Of a DNA stretch of 64,000 bases, positions 25,001 through 39,039 are shown piece after piece (within the stretch, counting starts at the first letter, position 1; every line of letters starts with the position of its first letter). Origin of the DNA: Balanoglossus misakiensis. Its lineage: Eukaryota; Animalia; Hemichordata. The notes under the pieces are model-generated. The model searched no databases and was not told the DNA's origin. It was given only the letters and a program-made list of their open reading frames with translations. Location: the NCBI GenBank assembly GCA_040954595.2, contig CM082592.2, positions 1,984,001 to 2,048,000 on the forward strand. The letters are read 5' to 3'. The translations under genes were made by a program, and so were the position numbers.

Positions 25001-26989
25001 TTGGAACCAGGTTAAGAATAGTTTAGAAATCACTGGTTGATCAATGTTTAGGCCACTGTCATGAATACCACAGACTGATGAATGTTTGTGTATCTTGGAA
25101 TTGTAATGTCTGATTGTTTGTGAGTTCTTGTCTCAAGTGCTGGGTCAGTGAAAGTCACCAGTGACGGAGGCGGAACGTCCAATGAATTGCACTTTAAACT
25201 TATTGTCATGGAATATCTCGAATACTACAGAGGGATAGAGGATGACGTTCCGGCAGTAAGTAGTGGTTGCAAATACTAGTAATCATACTGTTTGTTGTTG
25301 TTTTTTTTGTGTGTTTTTTTTTGTTTTGTTTTTTTTGGGGGGGGGGCTTGCAACAAATGTACTATAAGCTTACTACGAAGACACGACAGTTCAAAAGGCT
25401 CATCAATAGAACCAAATTTTCTACATTTTTTTTGCAAATCCTGGATTTTGGGAAACCAGATCGATACTGCATTCATTGCCAGTAGTTTATTTATGACTCA
25501 TGTGACAGGAACTTCTTGTCACTGCCTGATACAAATTCAATGCAATTTTGCTAGTAGACGTTTACAATTTTGTTCGAAAGCTAGTTGATGTCGATCCTTT
25601 AGAGGCCCAAATGTGTTTATTAATATGTTGATTTTCACTTCAGTCGACTTCAAAAATTCTTATTTGGACAGACCCATATGATTAAGTTTGTGCTGTATCT
25701 ATGTTACCACACAGGAAGAGGTTGACGATGAGGCTGGGACCGGGGGCGCACTACACTGGACCATTATGATTGCCGTTGCCGTTGGCACAGTGGTTGTATT
25801 GTTGACCGATGTTATAATTGCTGTTTGTTCAGTGAAACATGCTAATAAGAACAAAGTAGTCGCCATGTAAAATAGTGTGTATATTTCTTGCATGGGCGTG
25901 CAAATACCACCATTACATATTGGGAATTGAAGTGTTTTAGTATGTCTAACTTGTTCTTTCAAAATTATTGTACAGATTAATATGTAAATGTTGTGACTAC
26001 ATGTATATTTGGGAATTTTCAAAACAATTTTAATATTTAATTTCATTTAAATAACTTGCAGAAAGGTACGTTGGCCGTCTCTTTTCAAATATGTGAGATA
26101 AATGTCTACTTTTGTGTGCATATAGTACATCAGGTTTTGTAATAGTCTGGTTCACTGATGTGTTCTATTTATGCCAGGTCGGGTTTCATCACGGTCCTCC
26201 GTCCAATTTCTCAACCATTTGCCGTGGTTTCATCTCCAACACTGTGCTACTGATTCAAGTGATTTTCTTATGAAATATTCGTTATAGAAAATTACTTCCT
26301 ATATGTTCATATGTTAACTGGTGAGATTTATGCGTCATGGGTTTAAGAAAAATTAAATGAAACTGTTTTTAATGTACTGATTAAAAGAATAAATTTGAAC
26401 CCTTGATTTTTGTATAGCACTACTTTTGGGGGACATCACGCCTGAAGGGCGATGCTCCGTCCAATGTAATGTATTTACGTATATCACTTTAGCTTATGAA
26501 TTTTCATTTTATGACACATGGCAAAAATCGGCCGTCTTGAAATTGTGTCGACCACATCACTCCCCTAGGTAACAAAACCCTTTTTAGGGTAGGAAGAATT
26601 ATTATACACCTACACTCCACAAATATGGTGTGGCGTCTGTCACATATGGTTTCCTACATGTATCTTCAAAGAGCATTTATTTTCTGGCTTATGCATGCAA
26701 GCTGCACTCATGCTACACATCTGGACCCATCGGCCAGATGGCATGCCTGATCGATTAGCAATACGGACGATAGACTGTCGACAGTCCCTCGCGCCTATTA
26801 ATGTGTATCTTTTTTTAGTTAATACATGACGGATAATTTTTGCAAACATTAACAGTGCAATGAGATAACAGCTATGGGGTTTTCAAAGGTCTAAATTAAT
26901 CGACGAGTTATCATTACTAGCTTTGTGAACCGCGTAGCGAGAACGGCGGATTCACTGGGAAAATTATTTTTCGCTGGCACGCCAGTTTT

Positions 26990-27231
26990 GCTGCTTTGGT
27001 GTTTGTGGTCAACTTTATGGTTGCCACCGCGGCATTCTACGCTTTGCTGAGTAAGTCCGAAAGCCCACAAGATGACCACACTCATTACACAATGTCCCAC
27101 GAAGCCTTACTGACTGTAGTGGCCAAATATCTGGAAGACAACCCTCGGACAGGAAGTTCCGTACAGCCCGGTGATTTAGTCGGACTCGATCCGTTGACGT
27201 CGTCAAGTCTGTGTACAGCCTACTATGGGGG
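26990..27231 (+). pseudogene. Orphan second copy of VWA7-like exon 1
   Basis: AFYALLSKSESPQDDHTH...TAYYG near-identical to 12649-12849; no downstream exons seen. Confidence 0.8.
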
Positions 27232-27241
27232 TATGCATTGC

Positions 27242-28012
27242 TTTTAGCCTTGCTGTCATTTGTGTCAGCCGAGCTGTAGCAGTAAGTTGATAAGTGTCCG
27301 TCCGTCGTCCGTCCGTCCGTCCGTCCGGCGTCCGTCAACGTTTGGTATTTCAATCTTCTTCTTTAAAACAACTTGGCATATTTAGCTGAAATTTGGTTGG
27401 AATGTGTGTTATGGTGCCCTTACCGGATTTTGTTAATTTGGAATTGATGGGGACATGAATATGCAAATTACATCTACAATAGAATTTTTGGTCAAAAATC
27501 TTATTCTCCATAACTACACGTACGATGGAGCTGAAATTTGGCAGGAATGTGTGTTATGGTGCTCCTACCTGATTTTGTTAATTTCGATATGATGGGGTCC
27601 TAAATATGCAAATTAGATTTAAATATAGAATTGTTGGTAAAAAATCTTCTTCTCCCTAACTACATGTACGAAGGAGCTGAAATTTGGTAGGAATGTGTGT
27701 TATGGTGTCCCTACCTGATTTTGTTAATTTGCATTTGATGATGTCATGAATATGCAAATTAGATCTAAAAATAGAATTTTGGGTCAAAAATCTTCTTCTC
27801 CATAACTACATGTACGATGGAGCTGAAATTTAGTAGGAATGTGTGTTATGGTGCCCCTACCTGATTTTTTAATTTGGATGGGGTCACAAATACATGTGTA
27901 TGCAAATTAGATCTAAATATAGAATTTTTGGTAAACAATCTTCTTCTCCCTAACTACATTTACGATGGAGCTGAAATTTGGTAGGAATGTGTGTTATGGT
28001 GTCCCTACCTGA
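27242..28012 (+). mobile_element. Helentron-associated (HINE-like) element with GTCC microsatellite and ~150-bp tandem repeats
   Basis: ttttagcc start, (gtcc)n tract, then ~5 units of aaatcttcttctcc..gctgaaatttggtaggaatgtgtgttatggtg. Confidence 0.6.
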
Positions 28013-28016
28013 TGGT

Positions 28017-28390
28017 ATCTAAATTGGGAGAAATCCAGTCTGATACCGACACAGAAAAAGGTATTCATTGGCTACCTAATAAACAGTGTGGGCCCAGATG
28101 GGTCACCCGAGATCAGTATACAGAGTCAAAGTGTCAGCAAACTGAGACACGATCTAATGAGGGCATTGGACAGGCAATCCCTTCCAGCCAAAGTATTAGC
28201 CAGGATTGCTGGACAGTGCATATCAATGACTCAGGCAATTATCCCGGGCAAACTACTACTACGGAGTGTCTATCGACTGCTTGCTGCAAAAACTTCATGG
28301 GACAATATACTAATAATAAACCAACCAGTGAAACAGGAAATGGAATGGTGGCTACAAGCCCTCCAATCATGGAATGGCCGTTCAACCTCC
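28017..28390 (+). mobile_element. DIRS/Ngaro RT-RNase H connection fragment
   Basis: NWEKSSLIPTQKKVFIGY..LARIAGQCISM..EMEWWLQALQSWNGR. Confidence 0.75.
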
Positions 28391-28639
28391 ACGATCAGTC
28401 AACTCCCGCATATATGACTTCAAAGTGACACACAGGATTAACACCTGTTCAACTGGACGATATTTTACCGCAAATGGACAGTAAATACACCAAAGTCGTA
28501 ACCAATAGCGCGGTTTCCTCAAGATTATCATGAGTTCGAAGTAGGTACAGCGAGATATTTTAGTTCACTGCAACCTGCAACGTACGACATGGACGCAACC
28601 CTCTATGCTGTATGTATGGTCAAATGTTCGGTATAATAA

Positions 28640-28836
28640 AATTAATAACACATGTCATGCTCGGGCAATATCATGATCTTTGGCCCGCCCTCGGGTTGGT
28701 GATCTCTGGCCATAATATTGATGATGCCCGAGTCGCATGCGAGAGTATCATCAATATTATGGTCAGCGATCACCATCCCTCGAGCAGGCTAAAGACCATG
28801 ATATTGCCCTCGCTAACATGTACGTGTTATTATTTA
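28640..28836. mobile_element. Palindromic non-autonomous element (Crypton-like); related copies ~37025-37170 and ~44900-45047
   Basis: ~90-bp arms ataacacatg..ccataatattgatgat / atcatcaatattatgg..gtgttat. Confidence 0.55.
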
Positions 28837-31254
28837 ACTATTACAAGAATATTACGAGAGCCTGTGGTGTGAACAGAATTGAACGCGCAAAGGGCCATGA
28901 CCTCGTTTGAACTCTCGCATTGAGTATTCAAAAACGCAACCAGGGACAGACCACAAAATGAACGAATTCCCCATAGAATTATTTTCTGTCATACTTAGTG
29001 GACGTAGACTATCGTCAGCCGCTTGTGTCGCTTGTAACATTTCCATGGCAATGTTTCGCGTCTCTGACGCTCGACCCAGAGGTCGCGCGCGACTTCAGCC
29101 CTCTTTGGTTGCCATAGCTGGTGATCATCCTCTGTGTACCTTAGTCTGGTCCCCTGCCTCCAACCCACCGCTGGCTGCGCTAAACTGTTTCCCTCTTTAC
29201 CAGAAATATCTCAGACAAAAACACTGATACATGTACTTGTAACTGAATTCAATATGCTATATTTCCTAACAATAACATAGGCCATTACATTTACAATTGG
29301 TGTTTGCACAACATATTGTGGCCACCCGCGGCAGTACTAAGAATTTTGTAACGCGGAAGTAGAATATTTGCCGAGATCCAAAAAAAAAAATTTTCCAAAT
29401 CAGCCAAAGTAGAAGCGGCGATTCCGATGAACAATTTATTTTTTTCTTCCTGGCCTTCTATCAGTATTTTTAATCAACAAATATGAGCAGTACATCATTT
29501 GTACAGATGTAGCACTGACGTTGATGGGAACGAACAATTATTACAAATAAGCATACATGTACATGTATGTGCTGTTTTGAATTCCCGCCCAACCCAATTT
29601 TGTATCTGTCCGCCCACGCTTTTCGACCTGAAAATGCGTAAATTACAAAATATGAATCAGCCAAAATGCGAAAAAAATCGTTTGTCTATGCATTACAAGA
29701 AGGTTTGTTTCAGGGGAGACCAAAACAGCTGTGTTACCATCCTAATAATAAATGGCTTCGGCGAATTCTGGAGCTGACGCTGGGGTTGGCATTTTGTAAT
29801 GCAGTATTTAAAGTGATTAAAGTTTTCCTTTCTTGAGGGTCGGTTTCATTGCAAAGATGTCAAGTTCGGATTCAGTACATTGTATCGATAGATGGAAGTA
29901 GAACCAATTATTCTATTCCTTTACTGGTAAATAAAATGTATAGCCAGATGCAGACCTTTTGAATAACATTTTAATTTAGCGCCGCCAATTTTGAAAATAA
30001 GCGGATTGTCTATGTAAGCCCCTGTCCCCACCCTTTTTGGTAAAGCACGTCCCGAGACTCCGCGAGAGCGATTGCATACCCGGCCCGTCCTAACAAATTA
30101 TGTACACAGTGTAAGAACGGGCTCGTCCCGGTCAGCTGAGCACAGAGACACTGAAATTGGTCAGCGTTTAGTTCTGGCAAAAATGACTTCAAACACCCGA
30201 GACAGCTGATCATAACTGCATTCATTCGCCTATTTGAACGTTTAGCTGCATGAACCACATCAAGCGTCTTGTCAGCGGATCGGAAAAAACAACAACAGAA
30301 ATATGATATTCTCCTGGTGAAAATGCAGAAGTGGTATGTCGATCGTGACTGCAGTTCACGTTCACGACAATTAAACAAAGTATTTTCTTCTGTGTTTGTT
30401 GAGGGCGTCACGGTGAAGCTAAGTCTGTTATATCATGGCGTGATCATATGCTGTGGGATACTTTGTTGTTCCAAGACGCCTATGCGGTGAACGGTTCCAC
30501 AACAGACTGAATAGACTTTCCTTTGATGCAACCTTTGTATATCCATGTCACTTATTCAGAGAAACAAGATACAGGGTGTTGTCGGCATTCTTTTTGAACC
30601 CATCCTAGAATAAAGGAGATTTCTGCATTGTAGTGTTTGAGTAAAAGTGTAAATGTTTGAACATCTTCCCCTTAAAAATTGCCATCCAAAAAGCTATGTG
30701 CATTGGCTTGACTAATATTGACAAGGCATTGGGCGAAATCCATAAATCTCTATGGTAAAGCTTTCACCTGTAAATGTTTAATATTACAGCACTTTCAACA
30801 CACTTCAAATCATATATGATACCATTAGGCCTATAGAATGTGAACAAATTTCTATGAAATTTTCAGCTATATAAAGTGTTTTTGACTTGGAGGCTTAGAA
30901 TACCACAGGGTCGCTCCCACTGTGCTTTTATTGTGTGTTTTATTGTGTGTGCTCCACGATAACATCCCAACACTAATCCTAACTGTTGATTACACCCTAA
31001 CCCTAACCATTTGATATGCCCTAACATGTCAACAAACAAACGTGACCATATTTGTATGTTTTTTATGCCAATCAATAACACCAAACAAACATTTGAATAT
31101 ACCCTAACATTTTATTATGCCAATCAATAACAACACACACACACACACACACGCGAGCGTGTGCACACACCCACAAACACACACACACACACACACACAC
31201 ACCCCCCCCCCCCCCACCCACACACACACACAATAAAAGCATGGAGCTAGGGCC

Positions 31255-31400
31255 CCTGTGATAATACAGCGTGATCAGATCCTGAATGCAGACTGGGGCA
31301 AGACAGTTGATAGCTTTGTATAAATTTGCAGTCAAGTCTTTGTCAACTAGCAACCAATGGAGACTACAAAGAACTGGTGACAGATTCTCATTTAGCAAAT
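31255..31400 (-). mobile_element. L2-clade LINE 3' ORF fragment (inverted copy ~48420-48570)
   Basis: LSPVLCSLHWLLV..LYKAINCLAP..DLI matches the L2/CR1-group C-terminal motif. Confidence 0.7.
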
Positions 31401-32234
31401 AACTTTCTCTTGTGATATCAACTAATTCAAGTCCAATATCAATATGTGAAGTGCATGATGGAAATGTATGGGGGACTAGATACAGGCAACCGGCAAAACC
31501 AATGTTCATGTTAAAATGCAGCAAAGTTCCTCACTTGTTTCCAAGGCGATCAGTGCTTGAATGGTCAGGGAAAGTGATACAGATTTATCAACTTTGGTAT
31601 CTGATACAATTTCATTTTTGGGCTTTAATACGAAAAAAACACACATCATCTAAACACAGTATTCCTTTTACTATATTGCTTTTTTAAATATATCATTACA
31701 ACACAACATGTAATATGGCAGAAAATCCAGACATAAATAAACCCTTCTCTCAAGATAAAATATTTATATACTCCAATACTCTAGAAGTAGAAACGTATCA
31801 ACACAAAATATGAAACAATATATACATGCTATATTTGTGCTGATTAGGTCTTCTAGTCTATAAAGGTACATTGATTACTTCCAATGAATTTATTATCAAT
31901 CATTTCCAACATACAGAACCTTAACACTAAACCATATCCAATCCAAAAGAGCCAATTTGCTATGATTGTCGCTAAACGACAACACCCTTTTGTTTTTTAA
32001 CATTCACAGTTTTGCATTTAGATCTGGGAAGACACTGTCACCTGACATTCAAGTGATGACATCACAAATATAACTTGTGTCAATCCAGTACAGGGACACT
32101 GACCGACACAAAAATAACTACACAAATTACATACAGATATGTGGCCATACCACAAAACATGACAACCCAATATATTTCTCCATCTGTTTTAAGTTTGCAT
32201 GGTTGAAGATTTTGGAATGATTCAATATGTAGTA

Positions 32235-32550
32235 TTATATTATACCAGTATATTGATGGTGTAAATCACGCTATTTGATTGGTCGAGACACGACACGTGA
32301 CCGTGATATATTAGCCATATACCACAGTCATATATCATAGTCAAAGAAAATGCCTTTTTAAAATGTTTTATGCCAAGTTTCAATATACTGGTATAATATA
32401 ATTAAGCAATAAAACACCCCCAGCCATGGTATACCACTCGATTTTGACCAGTTCAACTCCATATACGCACTCGCTATCGCTCGTGCGTATATGTCGTGAA
32501 CTGGTCAAAATCTCGTGGTATACCATGGCTGGGGGTGTTTTATTGCTTAA
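32235..32550. mobile_element. Crypton-like non-autonomous element, left arm only
   Basis: 6-bp direct repeat gtagta; two internal inverted repeats including a ~70-bp-arm hairpin; absent at the homologous site ~47590. Confidence 0.65.
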
Positions 32551-33255
32551 GTAGTACACAGAGGTACCAGCATCACAGAACTAGAATGATACCAATGCAG
32601 TTTTTATTTGCAACACCAATGTGGCTTTTTTGCTCAAATAAAGAATATATTCTGCCTTATCATACATTTTTTTACCCTGAGGGTCTGTGAGTACAAGATA
32701 TAGCATGCATTGTTTTGTAGGTCACAGATATGTTGGCTAATAAATGGATGCTTTTAACCTGAACATACAGTGACACATGTCTATTAAGGACACCTTTAGG
32801 ACAAAATCTGCCCTTAACAGATAGGTGTAGGTAGCTTCAGGTATTATTCAATTGAAATTGCAGTTATTGTATTGAAAATTATGTCCTTAAGGATGTACAC
32901 GCAGAACATAAACCGGATACATTTTGCCTGATCATAATTATTTTTTTTTTACCCTGAGGGTCTGTGAGTACAAGATATAGCATGCATTGCTTTGTAGGTC
33001 ACAGATATGCTGGCTAATAAATGAATGCTTTTAACCTGAACATACAGTGACACATGTCTATTAAGGACACCTTCAAGACAAAATCTGCCCTTAACAGATA
33101 GGTGTAGGTAATACAAAGGTATTTAAATTGTAGCTTTTGTCTTGAACAATCTGTCCTTATTAAATTGAGATGTGTTCTAATTACGGAGGTGTCTGAAAGG
33201 ATAGGTTTCACTGTACAGGTTTCATGAAATGCATGATGTTCATGCTACAACAATT

Positions 33256-35312
33256 CCCTTATGAAAATATAGGCCTTGTCGCGATATATTGCAGCAGCTC
33301 TACAGCAGGTTTGCTGCAGCTCTACAGCAGGTAGACGCAGCAGAGCCGTTTTTTCGCATGCAAATTAGGTGATTCTGCAGAGCTGCGGCAGAGACTGCCG
33401 CATCCTTGCCGCAGCCAGTACATACGCTACAGAAATGCTGCAGCCCTGCCGCACTGATAGCTCTGCAATAGGTTTGCTGCAGCTCTCCAGCAGTGGAGAT
33501 GCGGCAGAGCCGTTTTTTCGCATGCAAATTAGGTGATTCTGCAGAGCTGCCGCAGAGACTGCCGCATCCTTGCCGCATCCAGTTGCACTGATGATGAAAA
33601 ATGCATACAGACATTTATGTATGCATGGCATACACATACATGTACACACTTGATTAATATATAATTATAAGAGATTATATTTTACATCACTATCATGGAG
33701 TATTTCACATAGAACAGCAAAATTTAGTTCAGGACAAAAACAGCCGTAATGCAGAAACAAAAATTTCTAAGGGGTCAAAGTTGTAATCATTTTATGTAAA
33801 GTTAGGGAATACTAACAACATGGCGGCATAACAGTGTGATTCAATCGTATTTATTGAAGTCAGGGGGGAAAAAGTAAACGGAAGTTTTTACGAGTTTTTG
33901 GCTGTGTTAACTGAACACGGACACATTTAATTTATTGAAGAAGGGCTTACAAATGAACAAGATGTTTCTTTTTCTCGCTTGCTTGGATAACACGGACGCA
34001 AAGTACAGTAAGCATGCGGTGTACAGGAAACAGTTTGGTATGCATACCATCTTTTTGAGACAGACTGTCGAGCCTTTTATTTTATCAACAGTTGATTTTA
34101 GCATTGATTCATTGTATTTGTGTTAGATAGCAAGATCTGCCAATAACGCATTTGATTTTTTTGTGTGATCGAGTCGCCCCCCCCCCCCCCCCCCCTGGAT
34201 TCAACGTCAACAACGGGAGTATTCATGGCAAACTTTTGATTTTGTACTACCCCAATGAGATCGGATGTTTATAAAAACACAGACCTCCTAATATTAAATT
34301 TGCTTACTACTATTACGATATGACACTGGCTAGTCAAGTTTTGTTCACAAAATATTCGTAAACTCATTGAACAGAACCTTCCGAAGTACACTTTTGTCTA
34401 TGGTTCACGTACGGTTTTTACAATAGATTACAATAGATTTTCATGGTGGCCGGCAACAGATGCTGCCGGACGCTGATCTGTTCTGATCGTCGGACAGGGC
34501 CAACCAACACCAATCGGCATCATCAACCAAACCCAGCCTTGCCCGTAAATGCCTGAATGAGTCCAGCCATAAAAATATCTCAACATCGATCATCAACATC
34601 ACTACGTTACTCAAATAACAAGTTACGAATAAATCCAGTAAAAATGTGTCAAACAATCAATGTATAAAAAATGTAATGCCTGCCTAGCTTGAACTTGAAG
34701 AAACTTGGGATCTATCATCTAGCTGTCTTCCCTTTCCAAGTTCTGTAAAATATTTTCAGATGTACACTTGAATGATCAGTGTCTTCTGCTGTACCTCCGT
34801 GTTGGCATCTGGTACATCCAAAAGCATTAAATGAAAGACAGTCCACCTGAACATACTCATGATCTCATCTGGCAGCTAGCTGGAGACACTTGTAGTTTGA
34901 AGCTTGCAAGTTTAGAAAATGGCGGCAAAATGACTTTGGCCAATTACTAGCTTTGTTTCACATCACCTGATCAACCAAAGTTGGAGATCATAAAAAGGTT
35001 AATTCTTGTGTCCCTGCTGCATGGATTTGTACCTTTGAGAATTATTCTTGCATCATTTCTGCATAGAGAAAAGCCTTGCATCCTTGCGGCTACTTTGCGG
35101 CAAGCTCTTGTGTCCTTATTGCAGGGATTACCACCTCTACTGTAGAGCCACATTTAGTTGCGACCTGCCGCATTGCCTCTGCTGCAGAGACACTCTCTGC
35201 GAGAACACCACAGCGTGTCTGCAAGAGCACCACAATGCCTTCACAGCAGAACTGCTGCAGAGCTGCTGAAGGCTGCTGCAGAGCTGCTGCTTTGTTGGCA
35301 TTTTTGTAAGGG
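33256..35312. mobile_element. EnSpm/CACTA-type non-autonomous element, left arm only
   Basis: Termini CCCTTA / TAAGGG; 2-bp TT TSD shown by the empty site at ~47165-47190; subterminal gcagcagctct repeats. Confidence 0.7.
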
Positions 35313-38300
35313 TTCCATAGTGGAATTCACTCTTCAACTAAACATGGCGTGTCTGTCAAAGACATTTCTCTTCTGCTCCTGCACCTGGTGTTTCCAGTAT
35401 AGCTGGGCCGAACCGAAGCGAAAGAAGTTACCTCCAGACCGTCGCCGTGGAGTGACAGTGAAAATCTCCTACAAACGAGAAAAGAAGAACATGGATATTT
35501 CATTCAGGAACTGAATAGCCTTCCATGCGGTGCAGATAAACCCTTTCACCACCATGGTTTTGTCCAAATCCATTGTTTTCTGTGATAATCTGGACCCTCA
35601 AAAGAGGGAAGTGGGGAAGATACGTCATCAGTTTTAAGAAACTACATTTATACCATTGACAGCATTCAACATGGGTGTTTTTTAAGCATGCCACATACAA
35701 AACGGGTGCATTCACGGAATGTATTTTTCTGTCAATTATCAAAGTCCCAAACTCCAACAAATAGTATTTTCTTAAAGCCCAGATATACTTGATGCTGATC
35801 GTATAGAGTAGACAGCTGTTATTTTACACAGCACTTTTGCGGATCTTACAAAAATCTTATTTGACTCCATTTTGCAAAAACAATGCACAATTTCTGGTTG
35901 AAATTAACAAATCTTGGTATAAAACATCCTTCAAAAGTGTGTCAGCAATTTTTCCTCCAACCTTCCAACTAGCTTTTATGATGCTATAACATCTAACAGC
36001 AACACTTACAAGATCACATAAAAAAATGTACCTTGTTGAAAATGAACAACACAAGTTTCACTGCAACCTACCATCTGCAATGGCTGGGATTTCGGAAAGC
36101 CTCTCTTTATACACAACCATGGGTCAACAGCCAGCAATTTCACCAATATATACACACAGCACAAATCAAGGTCACCACAAATATCACCATGACCTGGGAG
36201 AGAAAATTTAAATAAAAGCATAAAATCAGAGATCAAACGCACAGTTGTAGTTCAAAGATTTACTGCTGTGGTGCAGCAGGTACATGTACAATGAAGGGAA
36301 ATTGAAATCTGTACTGTACGCTAATTGCATTCCTGTAAGTTTATTGTCTAGAATCCAGACTCCTGTGTTTTTTATGCTATGCTCCACACAGGGTTTAGCA
36401 ATTTGGTCTCCATCTTTGAAATTTTGCTACATTTCCTATTTGCTTGTCAAAGGACTCCAGCCATGGCAACTTAAGGTCACTGATATTGAGCAACACCCCT
36501 GCTCATTAATTCAGTCAATCAGTAGTAGATCAGGTTGTATAATGACTTCTAATGTTCATGATCACATGGTAAGCATTGACCTACGCTGCCACGGTTAGAG
36601 TCCTTTAACTTGCAAATAGCAAAATTTCAAAAATAGAAACCAAATTACTAGACCCTGTGTGGGGAGCATAAAGAAAAACATGGTAGCTAGGGGTTACAGT
36701 CTACTGGGGATGATTTTCAAGTTCTGTAGTGTGCATCTTTTCTGCACATGACAAATTGTCATTAGAATCAATCTCAATCTCCGGCATCTATGGCTTCAAA
36801 GACCAACACACCTTAACCTATTCAGTTCGATGATATTTTACTGCAAATGGATAGTAAATACATCAGACTTTCAACCAACAGTTGTTCAAAATTCTCGGAG
36901 TTGAAAGTAGGCCTACAGCTACAGTTCTCCAAAAATCAACGACCCTGGACACACAACTCTAAATTTAATGTTCTATGCTTTATGTACCAAATATTCTGTG
37001 TAAGAAAATGGATAACTCAAAAGGCTCGGGAAACATCATGATTTCCTGCCTGCCCTCAGGCTGGTGCTCTCTGCTTGGGCATCATCAATATTATGGTCAG
37101 AGATCACCACCCCTTGCGTGCAGGCTAAAAATCATGATATTGCCCTCGTTATAAAACATGTGTTATATTATTTAACCATTTACTGGCCATAGGCCTCAGC
37201 AAAAAACTCACCACTCTTCTGCAAATACATTTCCTATGTAGATACTACGCATCTGGTTGTTGTCAGGATTTGATGGACACAATTAATTTCACCTTGTATC
37301 GTCGAACTGGGTCTGGTGGAAGAGAAAAATTGCTGATTTTATTGACTTCCAAATGTCTCTACATTTTGATGTTTGTGGCAGTACACACATGATGTCTAAA
37401 CTGGTGACACAGTTACAATTACTCCGTGTACGGTCCCCAAAACTGTCAGTTTCCTCCACAATACTGAATGAGTGAAGAACGTACACATAAATCATGAGCC
37501 TACTAAGGGGACTGGTCGGTTTCTTCAGCCTGGGGGGAGGGGTGGATTATAGGGGAGGGGGTCACACTGTTTTGGAATTGGGTGATGTCATCTCTGGTGC
37601 TGGTGTCTATCCTCCTGTACTTTGCAAGGCTAAATTTATTCCCCCTCTTGCTAAAACATTCATACGTTCGACATGTGTGTGTTTTAAATGATCATCCACA
37701 ACTGCTTCAATCTTTTGCCATTCTTTGAGACCTTTGACCTGTCATAGTTCAAAATAGCAGATTTGAATAAGGCTCGCTATTTCTACTGTTCATGATTTTT
37801 TGTTTTGTTTTGTTTTGCGCAAGAAGGGAAAATGAGCTTTGCACACAACGTGAAGGATCAACTAGGCCAACATAACTCCATGAACCCGTCCACATACGGC
37901 CCGGATTTTATGTCGGCCCTGATCCCCCTTTCTGAACGCGACCAAACTAATTCAGCCATGTGCCCACTTAGCGTGTACAAATTGGTTTTTCTATACCGCC
38001 CCAGGCCCAGCACTGATGCTACACCGCCATAATGAGTATGGTGTGACCCCCAAGTGTTTTGCCCCCATTGCATCACATAACAAAGTTTTAAGCTTCTCTT
38101 TGTAAGTCGTCCTGAAGAGGTAAAATCACAACAGTGAACTTTCTATTTGAATTGTGCAATATGCCTGGCTTTGAATTGCATAAAATACAAGTAAATTGTC
38201 TGTCTTGAGTTGGAAGCACGGCTGGTGGACAGCAATTTTCCTGAGGTTATCTTTCGCGGAGTTAAGCACTGGAATCATGTGAAAAGTGGGCAAGACGAGT

Positions 38301-39039
38301 AGGGTAAGATTGAGCCCCTAACAGAAATGATGCTTTTTAAAGATTGAACAAAGTAAGAACTTAAAAAATGAATTTGGAATAAATTTATTCACTATATATG
38401 AACAATAATGAAGATTAATGTTAAAACCCTAGGCATCGACAGAGTCGAACTGTCAATGTGGATACATTCTCCAAGAACACCTCTTGCGGGTAAATTAATT
38501 TCATTATTTGTTCATTATATAGTGTAGCTAAGTGTGGCTAGGTGGCTAACTGCTGATGTAATAAATCTTGCATACCCATTTGAAACATGTCATAGTATTC
38601 AAATTGAAATGATGAACAGAAACAATATCTGCTCATCATACTGATATAAAGTGCCAAATAGTTTGTTGACGGTGCACACAATAGCTTTTGGCTTTACCCT
38701 GGTTAACTATTATTATTTTTATTATTTTTAAATTTAATTAAGTGCCTAATGGGCAAAGACCAAAAGCTTCTTGGTCCCATCTCTCCCCCATATAATTTTG
38801 GTTCTTTTTTTGATGCAAGATAATTACATTCTGTGTGATAACCTAGTCTTTTTTTACACGCCTAAAGAGCAGTGAAAAAACCTTGAGCCAAATATAAATG
38901 AGGAAAAACTGCCCTCTCCCCCATCGTTCGATGCAAATATTAAAGGCTAACCCGAATCGTCTTGCTGGCTTTTAATTTTTTTAATGAATTACGATGAACG
39001 AGCGAATTGTGTCGAGGGACGAAGAAAACACGCAGTGTA

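Larger units (their letters stand above)
12581..25870 (+). pseudogene. VWA7: VWA7-like gene (signal peptide, HET-C-like N-terminus, VWA/MIDAS, C-terminal TM), disrupted
   Basis: Exons ~12581-12849, 13393-13518, 14091-14264 (LHIVQDFYTNANWVE), 14508-14577, 18846-19762 (split by MITE), 20223-20402 (KCSHGG..GGINKE), 20799-21021 (DVTGSM), 21340-21469 (GGGDCPE), 22341-22516 (VFTDASAKD), ~22810-23109, ~23340-23558, further exons, last 25714-25870. Lesions: MITE, frameshift ~20955, TAG at 22914. Confidence 0.85.
30161..37587 (+). repeat. Left arm of large inverted duplication
   Basis: Reverse complement of 44474-51539; e.g. ORF 36006-36242(-) matches ORF 45818-46054(+). Confidence 0.92.

Noticed and set aside
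27340-28012. CRISPR-like array
   Set aside because: Contiguous degenerate tandem units without unique spacers; eukaryotic context with no cas genes.
30995-31010. Telomeric CCCTAA repeats
   Set aside because: Only about two units; too short to call.
33300-33649. Cys-rich ORFs
   Set aside because: Derived from gcagc-rich subterminal repeats of the EnSpm-like element.
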